A DNA stretch of 13,528 nt, from IMG/VR virus record IMGVR_UViG_2778261256_000011; one strand, written 5' to 3'. Positions within the stretch are counted from its first letter, which is position 1; each line of letters starts with the position of its first letter. Shown here piece after piece: positions 1 through 7,616 of this stretch. The position numbers and the translations under genes were made by a program. The stretch comes from a virus (Duplodnaviria; Heunggongvirae; Uroviricota; Caudoviricetes). The notes below the pieces were generated by a model, which was given only the letters and a program-made list of their open reading frames with translations, searched no databases and was not told the origin of the DNA.

Positions 1-570
1 TGTCGTTCTCAAAATCGGTGGAGCTGCATGACAAAGTCATCGGGCATTATCTGAACATAAAACACTATCAATAAGTTGGAGTCATTACCCGCATGATTCA
101 GCAGATAAATCCTTGAAAGCAGGTACTCAGCCCTCAGTGAACAGAATAAGTCAGCGTAATGTACTTTAGTGCTGACCACGTGCTCTGTATGATACAGAAT
201 CTATCTACTATAAACGAAAATACAGCACGATCAATGCTCACACTCTATATGGGACGTTCGTACCTGGACATGATTATCTGTGTTCAATGTCCCCGCATGA
301 CCGTCTTAACATCCAGAATATTACGTTTCCAAAAAAACCAGAAATGATAAAAAATGAGCTTAACGTACAATAATTTTCGATATCCAAACTGACCCCGTAA
401 AGGATGTTTCGGCTCTCTTATCGCAGCGTCTGAAACTGGCAGTGCTTGTTTGGCATGTCCGGATAGACCCGAGTGCCACCAGTCAGCCAAAGAGGTTGCG
501 ATTTCGATGTATGGGAAGTTCGTTGGCTTCCCCAATGACAAAATCAAGAAAACCAGAAAGGTAAAAACAC

Positions 571-3500
571 ATGAAGGCTCTGATGGTCAGAACTGACTTC
601 TCCCTGGGAGAGTCGGCTCTAAAAGCAGAAAACGCGGTGAAAATCGCGAGAGACGCTGGCTACACCGCTGTCATTTCCGCCGACAGCATGAATATTGCCA
701 GTGTAATCCCTCTGCAACGTGCCGCTGGCGACGACATGTCGGTAATTTGTGGCGTTAAGCTGAATGTTGTCGACGATCCGACATACGAGCACCGCGCTCG
801 CTTGGCGAAAGAGTCAGGAAGATGTATGGAATCATTAGTTCGTGATCGCAGCTACTGTTTCACGGCACTGATAAAGAATGAACAAGGTTATCGCGACGTG
901 TGCGAACTGATGACCTTAGCGAACAAACGCGAGCAATTCTACTTTGTCCCGCGTCTGGCGCTTGAGCAGCTGGCAGCCGCATATGCCAAAGGCAACATCA
1001 TCCTGCTGACGTCCGACATTGGCAGTGTATTCCAGCGCCGGGACTTCGCAAAAATTATCGGGACGCTGGTCACAGCTGGCGGTCGCGATAACTTCTACAG
1101 CGTGGTTTATCCGCACCCTACCCCATTCTACGACCAGATTAACGTCCGGGCGATGAAAGTGGCGAGCGCACTGAAAATAGAGCCAGTGGCGTTCTATCCC
1201 GCTTATTACGAAGCGATCGACGACGCTGACATTAAAGACATTGCGCACATGGTTACGAACAACATCAAAATCGACCAGCCGCATCGTCTGCGCATCCCCC
1301 ACCAGCGAGATAACGCTGTTAATGGTCGTCGCCATCTCCTTGAAGCGCTGAAAGCCTTCTCCGTTCGCATGGGCGTACCGGTAACAGCTGCAATGGCCTC
1401 AACAACGCAGGACACCATTATTGAAGCCTGCACATGGCGCTGGCATGAACTGCCACCAGCACTGCCCAAGATGGCAGACGACGAGCCTGCAACGCTGATG
1501 AAGCTGGCTGTCGCGGGGCTACGCAAGCGTCTAACTACTAAAGAGTTTGGCTACACACCACAGGCTTCTGAGCACCGAGTGTATGTTGAGCGACTGAAGT
1601 ACGAAATGGACACACTGACCCGTCTGGGCTTCTGTGGCTACTTCCTGATGGTACGCGATCTGATGAATCACAGCCGTGAAACTGGCATTCCTGTCGGGCC
1701 AGGTCGTGGTTCCTCTGCCGGTTCTCTGGTGGCGTGGTGCATAGGCATAACCAACGTCGATCCTATCCGTCACGGTCTTCTGTTTGAGCGTTTCATCAAC
1801 CCTGAACGTCTTGACTTACCGGATGCGGATCTGGACTTCAGCCAGGCACGTCGTCATGAGGTGATCGAGTATCTGAATGAACGCTATGGCGAAGATTACG
1901 TTGCCGGTATTCCAAACTTCACCTATCTGGGCGCCGCTTCTGCGCTGCGAGACACTGCGCGTATTTACGGTGTCGACGCTGCGGATATGGCGGTATCCAA
2001 AGAGTTCAAGAATCTGGAAGACGATAGCCTGTCTCTGGAAGAGCTGCGCGAGCAACTGGCCAGCCTGGACAAATACGCCACGAAAAACCCGGAAGCGTTC
2101 AAAGCGGCGTGTAAGCTACAAAGCCTGATGCGTGGTTTTGGCCGTCATGCAGCGGGGATGATCGTCGCTGGCGTTCCACTGGTAGAGCGCACGCCCGTCG
2201 AGCTGCGTGGCAACGCTCGCTGTATTGCATTCGATAAACGTTACTGCGAGGCAATGGGGCTGATTAAGCTGGACGTTCTCGGTCTGGCAACGCTCGATCT
2301 GCTGGATAGCGCGAAACGCTACATCAAAGAGAGTACCGGGGAAGACATCAATCTCGATGCTATCCCACTGGACGATCGCAAAGTTCTGGATGGGTTCGCT
2401 GCAGGGTACACTCAGGGCGTATTCCAGCTGGAGTCCGGCCCCATGCGCAAGCTGCTTAAAGATCTGGGCGGTGGCATTGAGCCAATGAGCTTCAAAACCG
2501 TTGTCGCCACGACCGCACTCTTCCGACCTGGCCCGATTCAATCAGGCATGTTGGACGACTATGTCTCCGTGGCCAAAGGCTTCATGGCTCCACATTCAAT
2601 TCATCCGCGTCTTGAGGAAGTCACCCGGGAGACTAATGGTGTTTTGCTCTATCAGGAACAAATCATGCAAAGTTCCCGAGTACTTGCCGGGTTCTCTATG
2701 GCCGAAGCAGACGCTCTGCGTTCCGCTATCGGTAAAAAGAACATGGATAAGATGAAAGCGATCGGCAGCGATTTTGTAGAACGAGCACAAGCAGGCTGGG
2801 TGACACTGTCACTCAAAAATGGAGGTACTGTAGAGGTTCACAAACACGCAAAACTGGATTGCTCAGACGGTAAGCGTAGAAGCTACAGCGAGGCTATTAG
2901 TGACGGCATAGACTACGTGGAGATCGTCTCTGAACAAGAAGGTCTCAGTAAGGAAAAAGCCCAAGAAATATGGGACGCCTTTGAGAAGTTCGGTGGATAT
3001 GCCTTCAACAAATCACACAGCGTTGCTTATTCTTTAATCAGCTATCAGTCTATGTGGTTAAAGACACATTACCCTGCTGAGTTCTTCGCTGCTGCGCTCA
3101 CCATTCTGGGCGAGGATAAGCACCAGGGCTTAGTTAAAGATGCGCTGACCTATGGCATTCGCGTATTGCCACCAGACGTTAACGTGTCATCTAACCGAAT
3201 TGAGATCCGCACGCTGGAAGACGGCAGTCAGGTTCTGTATGCACCATTCTCTGCTGTGAAAGGCTGCTCTGAGAATGGTTGCCAGGCCATCATGAGAGCG
3301 CGTGAGAAAGTTGGCGGCAAATTCGAATCACTGGCGCAATTTGAGGAATCTGTCGAGAAGCGAGCATGTAATAGCCGGGTACGCGAGTCGCTGCAAAAAG
3401 TCGGTGCGTTCGCATCGATTGAGCCTGGCTGTCTGCCAGCGACAGATCCGGAACGACTGCGCGACCAGGCAGAGTTGATGGGCAATCTGGTGATCGACGC

Positions 3501-4077
3501 TGTAAAAGCCTCTCGACCGTTCGAGATGAACCCTAAGCGCTCTGCCGAGGTGAATGTACTGATGACTCGCATGGCGGCCGAAATGGGTCTGGGAGACGAC
3601 CTGATCCGCCCAAGCATTGGCATTAAGCCGAAAATCATGGTCATTCTGGACAACGCGAACGGCAATGATGGGCGTACCGGCTACTTCATGGAGAACGGCT
3701 ACGACGACTTTAAGGCGAAGTTGCTTACTGCAGGCGATCTGCGCATGGGCGATCTCTACGTCACAGGCGTGTGCAAAAAGGTGAAGGACAAAGAGAAGGA
3801 CTACACCAAAGACGAGATCGGCCAGTTCACCGACTTTATGCGTGAAGAGATCAATCTGGTGCGTCCGACCTATGTACTGACGTGTGGCAGCCGGGCGACG
3901 TCGCTCTTCAACAACAAGAGCAAACCATCCGACCTGGTTGGACGCAAAGAGTATCTGCCGGAGCTGGATGCGACCGTTTTCTACGGATTTAACCCGAATA
4001 TCCTTTACTTCCGACCGGAAGAAGGAGAGCGACTGGAGGCCATTCTGACTGATATTGCGGAGACGATAAATAAGTAA
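571..4077 (+). CDS. dnaE: DNA polymerase III alpha subunit homologue (DnaE-type, family C replicative polymerase), 1168 aa
   Basis: Translation contains the hallmark DnaE palm/fingers motifs: GYFLMVRDLMNHSRETGIPVGPGRGSSAGSLVAWCIGITNVDPIRHGLLFERFINPERLDLPDADLDF, LFRPGPIQSGMLDDY, VLLYQEQIMQ, and FGGYAFNKSHSVAYSLISYQSMWLKTHYPAEFFAA. Length is close to E. coli DnaE (1160 aa). The N-terminal PHP region (MVRTDFSLGES) lacks the two His of the usual HxH metal motif, so it is a divergent paralogue. AAGG Shine-Dalgarno 9 nt before ATG 571; TAA TAA double stop at 4075-4080. Confidence 0.9.
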   Translation: MKALMVRTDFSLGESALKAENAVKIARDAGYTAVISADSMNIASVIPLQRAAGDDMSVICGVKLNVVDDPTYEHRARLAKESGRCMESLVRDRSYCFTALIKNEQGYRDVCELMTLANKREQFYFVPRLALEQLAAAYAKGNIILLTSDIGSVFQRRDFAKIIGTLVTAGGRDNFYSVVYPHPTPFYDQINVRAMKVASALKIEPVAFYPAYYEAIDDADIKDIAHMVTNNIKIDQPHRLRIPHQRDNAVNGRRHLLEALKAFSVRMGVPVTAAMASTTQDTIIEACTWRWHELPPALPKMADDEPATLMKLAVAGLRKRLTTKEFGYTPQASEHRVYVERLKYEMDTLTRLGFCGYFLMVRDLMNHSRETGIPVGPGRGSSAGSLVAWCIGITNVDPIRHGLLFERFINPERLDLPDADLDFSQARRHEVIEYLNERYGEDYVAGIPNFTYLGAASALRDTARIYGVDAADMAVSKEFKNLEDDSLSLEELREQLASLDKYATKNPEAFKAACKLQSLMRGFGRHAAGMIVAGVPLVERTPVELRGNARCIAFDKRYCEAMGLIKLDVLGLATLDLLDSAKRYIKESTGEDINLDAIPLDDRKVLDGFAAGYTQGVFQLESGPMRKLLKDLGGGIEPMSFKTVVATTALFRPGPIQSGMLDDYVSVAKGFMAPHSIHPRLEEVTRETNGVLLYQEQIMQSSRVLAGFSMAEADALRSAIGKKNMDKMKAIGSDFVERAQAGWVTLSLKNGGTVEVHKHAKLDCSDGKRRSYSEAISDGIDYVEIVSEQEGLSKEKAQEIWDAFEKFGGYAFNKSHSVAYSLISYQSMWLKTHYPAEFFAAALTILGEDKHQGLVKDALTYGIRVLPPDVNVSSNRIEIRTLEDGSQVLYAPFSAVKGCSENGCQAIMRAREKVGGKFESLAQFEESVEKRACNSRVRESLQKVGAFASIEPGCLPATDPERLRDQAELMGNLVIDAVKASRPFEMNPKRSAEVNVLMTRMAAEMGLGDDLIRPSIGIKPKIMVILDNANGNDGRTGYFMENGYDDFKAKLLTAGDLRMGDLYVTGVCKKVKDKEKDYTKDEIGQFTDFMREEINLVRPTYVLTCGSRATSLFNNKSKPSDLVGRKEYLPELDATVFYGFNPNILYFRPEEGERLEAILTDIAETINK

Positions 4078-4082
4078 TAAAG

Positions 4083-4107
4083 AAAAACCCGCCATTTGGC
4101 GGGTTTT
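4083..4107. terminator. Bidirectional rho-independent terminator between convergent genes
   Basis: aaaaaCCCGCCatttGGCGGGtttt: GC-rich 6-bp stem (4088-4093 / 4098-4103), 4-nt loop, T-run on the plus strand and A-run (T-run on minus) on the other side. It sits between the polymerase stop and the stop of the minus-strand gene. Confidence 0.65.
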
Positions 4108-4666
4108 ATGCGCAAATTTTTTCGCAGTCTTGCGAGTGACTGAGTGAGCGAGTAACTCTCTCCACCTCATGAATGTCGCCCAACGATCTTATACGCAGGG
4201 CAAGATTCCACGTACTCAATGTGCGCGCGTTACGCACCAGTTCTTCCCGTGCTTTTTCGTCTTTGCTGTCAAGACGACCGCAGTCGTTCAACCATTTAGC
4301 GACTTCCGCCCAGTCCCAGAGTGGAGACTGACCGCTGATACGCTGAACAGGGCAAGGAAAATCACCTTTGCCACGTAATCCGTCTTTAAGCAGAGTAATA
4401 GCCTGGCGCGTTAAGCCAGAGAGTTGAGCAATATCGCTCAAGCCTACCAGTGCTGAATCTACCGATTCCACCACTGCGCCAATGCCTGCTGTTTCAATAT
4501 CAAGGATTGCCGATTCGATTGCTTCATCTAAAGATTTAGCTTCTCGGTCAAATTCTACATACACTGAGTTTCCGTAGTAGCAAATGAGCGCATCATCGCA
4601 ACCGTGGCTATACAGAGCATCTGCGACTACGCAGTACTGACTACAGGTTATCAGAATTATCCCCAT
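4106..4666 (-). CDS. Hypothetical protein with a central helix-turn-helix-like segment; N-terminal region weakly HicB/UPF0150-like
   Basis: 186-aa ORF starting at ATG (plus 4664-4666), convergent with the polymerase gene. Segment LSDIAQLSGLTRQAITLL looks like an HTH recognition unit; the preceding SLDEAIESAILDIETAG resembles the helix of HicB-type antitoxin domains. No convincing Shine-Dalgarno and no partner toxin ORF nearby, so both the call and the function are tentative. Confidence 0.4.
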   Translation of the reverse strand: MGIILITCSQYCVVADALYSHGCDDALICYYGNSVYVEFDREAKSLDEAIESAILDIETAGIGAVVESVDSALVGLSDIAQLSGLTRQAITLLKDGLRGKGDFPCPVQRISGQSPLWDWAEVAKWLNDCGRLDSKDEKAREELVRNARTLSTWNLALRIRSLGDIHEVERVTRSLSHSQDCEKICA

Positions 4667-4756
4667 TTACATCAGCTTATCTACGTCAGCCCTCAAGTTC
4701 TTCAGCAAGCCAGCTCCACCGCCTGATTCCAACATGATAAAATTGATATGCGAAAA

Positions 4757-4775
4757 TAAGTATATAGATAACATT
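4757..4775 (+). promoter_or_regulatory. Copy 1 of bipartite motif TAAGTA-N6-TA(T/A)CATT (TAAGTAtatagaTAACATT), directly abutting ATG 4776
   Basis: Shares the TAAGTA half-site, the 6-nt spacing and 6/7 of the second half-site with the copies at 5226-5244 and 10003-10021. All three lie upstream of plus-strand genes. Confidence 0.3.
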
Positions 4776-5207
4776 ATGAGCACCGATATCTACGAAAAAA
4801 TCATGTCCGATCTGGAGTTCGACCGCGACAATCTGGAGGAAGTCTGGCGTCAGCAACCGCGTCTGTTGATGGAGTATGGCTCTAAGCTGGCACGGGCAGA
4901 ACGTGAGGTTGCAGATGCAAAACTCTCTCTCGACGCGATCGAGGCAAAAATCTATGACAACGAGCGTAAGAGCTTGAGTATGAATGGAATTAAGTTTAAT
5001 GAATCCGTACTGGAAGCGAAGGTTAGAACCAACCCGCAATACCTCGCAAAGCGCCAGAAACTCGACGATGCTCGACACATTGCAGACCTGTACAAGCACG
5101 CTGTAGCCGCCTTCTCCCACCGCCGCGATATGATTGTCCAGGCGTCGAAGATGGCTATCGTAGAGATAGAGCGTCTGGGGGCCGAACGATTCCATTTACC
5201 CCGTTAA
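4776..5207 (+). CDS. Hypothetical charged, predicted coiled-coil protein (143 aa from ATG 4776; the ORF track's alternative start at 4734 gives 157 aa)
   Basis: Open frame with protein-like composition (ARAEREVADAKLSLDAIEAKIYDNERKSL). The overlapping minus-strand ORF 4686-5195 has Cys-rich, non-protein-like composition. Neither candidate start has a clear Shine-Dalgarno; 4776 was chosen because the conserved motif copy lies immediately upstream of it. Confidence 0.45.
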   Translation: MSTDIYEKIMSDLEFDRDNLEEVWRQQPRLLMEYGSKLARAEREVADAKLSLDAIEAKIYDNERKSLSMNGIKFNESVLEAKVRTNPQYLAKRQKLDDARHIADLYKHAVAAFSHRRDMIVQASKMAIVEIERLGAERFHLPR

Positions 5208-5225
5208 TTTATGCTAGATAGTAAG

Positions 5226-5244
5226 TAAGTACTAATCTATCATT
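5226..5244 (+). promoter_or_regulatory. Copy 2 of bipartite motif TAAGTA-N6-TATCATT (TAAGTActaatcTATCATT), about 80 nt upstream of the ssb start
   Basis: 15/19 positions identical to the copy at 10003-10021 with identical half-site spacing; the core AGTACT is palindromic. Confidence 0.3.
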
Positions 5245-5326
5245 CTTCTCGCTCGAAAGAGCCACGAACAAACGAACGCCCAATGCGCATAGCGCCAATG
5301 GCCACAATCACAACAAGGAGAAATAC

Positions 5327-6343
5327 ATGTCTAAGTCATTACTTGATCTGCTTAACAAGACCCGTGGCGATATTGCTTCCAAACGTGGCAATAACATTGA
5401 TTTGACCCGTCTGAAAGATGGCAATAACTATCTGCGCATTTTTCCGAACAAGGACGATCCGAATGGCGTGTTCTTCCAGACTTTCGGTATGCACTACGTT
5501 AAGCATCAGAATGAGGAAGGCAAAGATGTAACCACCGCCTATATCTGCGAACAACACACCCACGGCCACGCTTGCCAGCTGTGTGAGATGGTTATGGAAG
5601 GTCGCGCTCGCTTTAAGGGCAACAAAGCGATGGAAGAGCGCATTAATAGTATGCGTGCTACGCCGCGTTATCTGGTCAACGGTGTTCTGTCTGCGCGTGA
5701 AGACTTTGCGGACGCAGAGAAATGCCAGCTAATTGAGCTGCCGTCTACGGTCTTCGACGATATCTGCAAAGTGATGTCCGAAGATATTGCGGACGATATT
5801 GGCAACCCACTGAGCAAAGAAGAAGGCTATGCGTTCCTGATTAAACGCACCGGTTCCGGTCGTGACACCAAGTACGACGTATCCCCGAAACGTAAAGTCT
5901 ACAAAGGCGACATTCCTGAGAAGCTCTGGACTACCCAACACGATCTGATCGCATATGCGAACCAGTCTGACGAAACTCGTTTGCTGTCCACGGCTCGCAC
6001 TATGGGTCGTCTGATTGGTATTGCGGCTCCGGCAGCAACTATGCCCTCACCAGCCATTTCTTCCGCTGCAAAATCAGCCGCAGCTGGACTGCCAGGCTTT
6101 GGCTCTATCACTGGACATACGGAAGGCACAGCTGCTGTCGCTACAGCACATACTCCGGCGCCAGAGTCCACCAGCCTGGTTGATGAAGAGATCCTGCGAG
6201 CAGCTGAAGCTGAGTTCAAACCGGAAGAAGCGAAAGCTCCGGAAGCCACCGAAGCCGCAAGTGCTTCAGCATCTGCTGCCGCTGCATCTGTACCAGCTGA
6301 TGAAGGTCTCGATGACCTGCTGGCTGAACTGGACGCTCTGTAA
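5327..6343 (+). CDS. T4 gp32-like single-stranded DNA-binding protein with zinc-binding subdomain, low-complexity linker and acidic C-terminal tail
   Basis: N-terminal pattern LKDGNNYLRIFPNKDDPNGVFF parallels the gp32 LDNAGNGQAVIRFLPSKND region. His/Cys cluster CEQHTHGHACQLC fits the gp32 His-Cys3 zinc site. C-terminal third is Ala/Ser/Pro/Glu-rich and ends in the acidic DDLLAELDAL. Strong AAGGAG Shine-Dalgarno 6 nt before ATG 5327; TAA stop followed by a terminator. Confidence 0.75.
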   Translation: MSKSLLDLLNKTRGDIASKRGNNIDLTRLKDGNNYLRIFPNKDDPNGVFFQTFGMHYVKHQNEEGKDVTTAYICEQHTHGHACQLCEMVMEGRARFKGNKAMEERINSMRATPRYLVNGVLSAREDFADAEKCQLIELPSTVFDDICKVMSEDIADDIGNPLSKEEGYAFLIKRTGSGRDTKYDVSPKRKVYKGDIPEKLWTTQHDLIAYANQSDETRLLSTARTMGRLIGIAAPAATMPSPAISSAAKSAAAGLPGFGSITGHTEGTAAVATAHTPAPESTSLVDEEILRAAEAEFKPEEAKAPEATEAASASASAAAASVPADEGLDDLLAELDAL

Positions 6344-6359
6344 TCCCATAACGTGACCA

Positions 6360-6388
6360 GTAAGGCGTCTGCGGACGCCTTACTTTTT
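6360..6388 (+). terminator. Rho-independent terminator after ssb
   Basis: GTAAGGCGTCtgcgGACGCCTTAC: perfect 10-bp stem with a 4-nt loop, followed by TTTTT (6384-6388). Confidence 0.75.
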
Positions 6389-6403
6389 GGAAGGAGTGTA
6401 CCG

Positions 6404-7348
6404 GTGAATTATCTCTTTGTGGACGGTAACAGCCTGGGCTATTACCACCAGCAATCCGACAAATTACACAACGGCGAGATGGAAGTTCAGGCGGCTTTTG
6501 GCTTCGTGAAGAACGTTCGTCGTTACGCCTCAATTCTCCATGCCCGGCCAATGATCTTGTGGGATGGATTCAGCGACAAACGTCGCGACTTCTACCCGGA
6601 GTACAAAGCGAACCGCGACGACGACCCGGACATGAAGAAGATGAAAGAAGGCTTTGCCATCCAGAAGCCGTACATCTTGAAAATGATGACCGCGCTGGGC
6701 GTTAACCAACTCATTGCAAAGGACGCAGAAGCGGATGACCTGGCTGGAATGCTGGTCTCTCGTCTGGCTCCGCAGCCGACTGTTGACCATATCTATCTGC
6801 TAACGGGCGATGGCGACTGGCTCCAGCTTGTTCGTGAGAACGTGAGCTGGATAAGCCTGCGTGAAGACGCCAAGCACAAGCAGGTGAACTTCGAACAGTT
6901 CGCAGAGCTGACCGGTCTGCCGACCCCACGCGCGTTTCTGGAAGCGAAAGCGTTGCAGGGCGATAACTCGGACAACATCAAAGGCGTAGGTGGCATTGGT
7001 GATGGTGGCGCGAAAGAGCTGCTTCATGAATGGGGAAGCGTGGCCGCAATGGTACGCGGCATTAACGACGGTTCCATTGTCATCAACAAAGGTCGCTATA
7101 AGACGGCATTCAACAAGCTGGCAAAGAACGCCTTCAACGAGAAGACGGGCTGCCGGATGCTCGAAGCCTTTAAGCGCAACATGATGCTGATGAACCTTAT
7201 CGACACAAAATTCCCACCCAGCGAAATCGAGTCGATTAAAGGCGCACGCGATATGAGCGCCTTTGAACAGATGTGTTACGAGCTGAATTTCCGTTCGTTT
7301 CTGGAAGATCTGGAAGTGTTTGTTCTGCCGTTTGAGAGGTATTGCTGA
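6404..7348 (+). CDS. 5'-3' exonuclease / flap endonuclease (DNA Pol I 5'-nuclease / T5 D15 / T4 RNase H family), GTG start
   Basis: Conserved family motifs: LFVDGNSLGYY (N-terminal metal site), EADDLAGMLVS, LLTGDGDWLQL, and the H3TH motif ALQGDNSDNIKGVGGIGDGGAKELL. The GTG at 6404 is 7 nt after GGAAGGAG and lies just downstream of the terminator hairpin; the ATG at 6353 used by the ORF track would put the hairpin inside the coding sequence. TGA stop at 7346-7348 overlaps the next ATG (TGATG). Confidence 0.85.
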   Translation: MNYLFVDGNSLGYYHQQSDKLHNGEMEVQAAFGFVKNVRRYASILHARPMILWDGFSDKRRDFYPEYKANRDDDPDMKKMKEGFAIQKPYILKMMTALGVNQLIAKDAEADDLAGMLVSRLAPQPTVDHIYLLTGDGDWLQLVRENVSWISLREDAKHKQVNFEQFAELTGLPTPRAFLEAKALQGDNSDNIKGVGGIGDGGAKELLHEWGSVAAMVRGINDGSIVINKGRYKTAFNKLAKNAFNEKTGCRMLEAFKRNMMLMNLIDTKFPPSEIESIKGARDMSAFEQMCYELNFRSFLEDLEVFVLPFERYC

Positions 7349-7614
7349 TGCTGAAATCCATCATTAATGGCGGGGCAACTACGCCAACCATGCTGGCAAA
7401 GGAGATTGTTTTCTGCCACGGCGAGCACGCTGTGGTAGCGCTGCCGAACATTCTGGGCGCTGCTGGCATCTCTGCTACTGAGCGTGAGTTCGCGCTGGTC
7501 AGTGAGCAGGTCGTGAAGATCATCGCTCGCGTCGCCAAACACCTGAACCACGACGCAATCAAGTTTGACGAAGCCGCTGCTTCGAAGCGAATCAACGAAT
7601 CAAAAGGAGCCTAA
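7348..7614 (+). CDS. Hypothetical 88-aa protein, translationally coupled between the nuclease gene and recA
   Basis: ATG overlaps the upstream TGA; TAA stop 2 nt before the recA ATG; GAGG about 9 nt upstream. No recognisable motifs. Confidence 0.5.
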   Translation: MLKSIINGGATTPTMLAKEIVFCHGEHAVVALPNILGAAGISATEREFALVSEQVVKIIARVAKHLNHDAIKFDEAAASKRINESKGA

Positions 7615-7616
7615 TC

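Noticed and set aside
159-547. Track ORFs 159-347 (plus) and 284-547 (minus) in the upstream region.
   Set aside because: They overlap each other, the minus ORF relies on a non-ATG start, and neither has a ribosome-binding site or recognisable motifs.
334-559. Exact 11-mer AAAACCAGAAA repeated at 334-344 and 549-559.
   Set aside because: An 11-mer match in A-rich sequence is expected by chance many times in a 13.5-kb window.
3600-4077. The C-terminal 160 aa of the polymerase (KIMVILDNANGNDGRTGYF ... FYGFNPNILYF) at first looked like a uracil-DNA glycosylase-like domain fused to DnaE, with degenerate GEGPG and HPS motifs.
   Set aside because: The same segment aligns at least as well, and at the same residue position, with the canonical OB-fold domain of DnaE (E. 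coli [42 protein letters not shown]). It also lacks the Cys cluster of family 4 UDGs. The ordinary DnaE architecture is the simpler explanation.
3328-4170. 280-aa minus-strand ORF (and the other minus ORFs 916-1335, 1206-1526, 2116-2541, 3228-3665).
   Set aside because: All are embedded antisense within the strongly supported polymerase gene and have low-complexity or Arg/Cys-rich compositions typical of antisense frames.
4686-5195. 169-aa minus-strand ORF overlapping the small coiled-coil gene.
   Set aside because: Cys-rich, non-protein-like composition; the plus-strand frame gives a more plausible protein and fits the gene order.
5899-6356. ORFs 5899-6249 (minus) and 6015-6356 (plus, alternative frame) within the 3' part of ssb.
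   Set aside because: They are by-products of the GC-rich, low-complexity Ala/Ser/Pro-encoding linker of the SSB gene.
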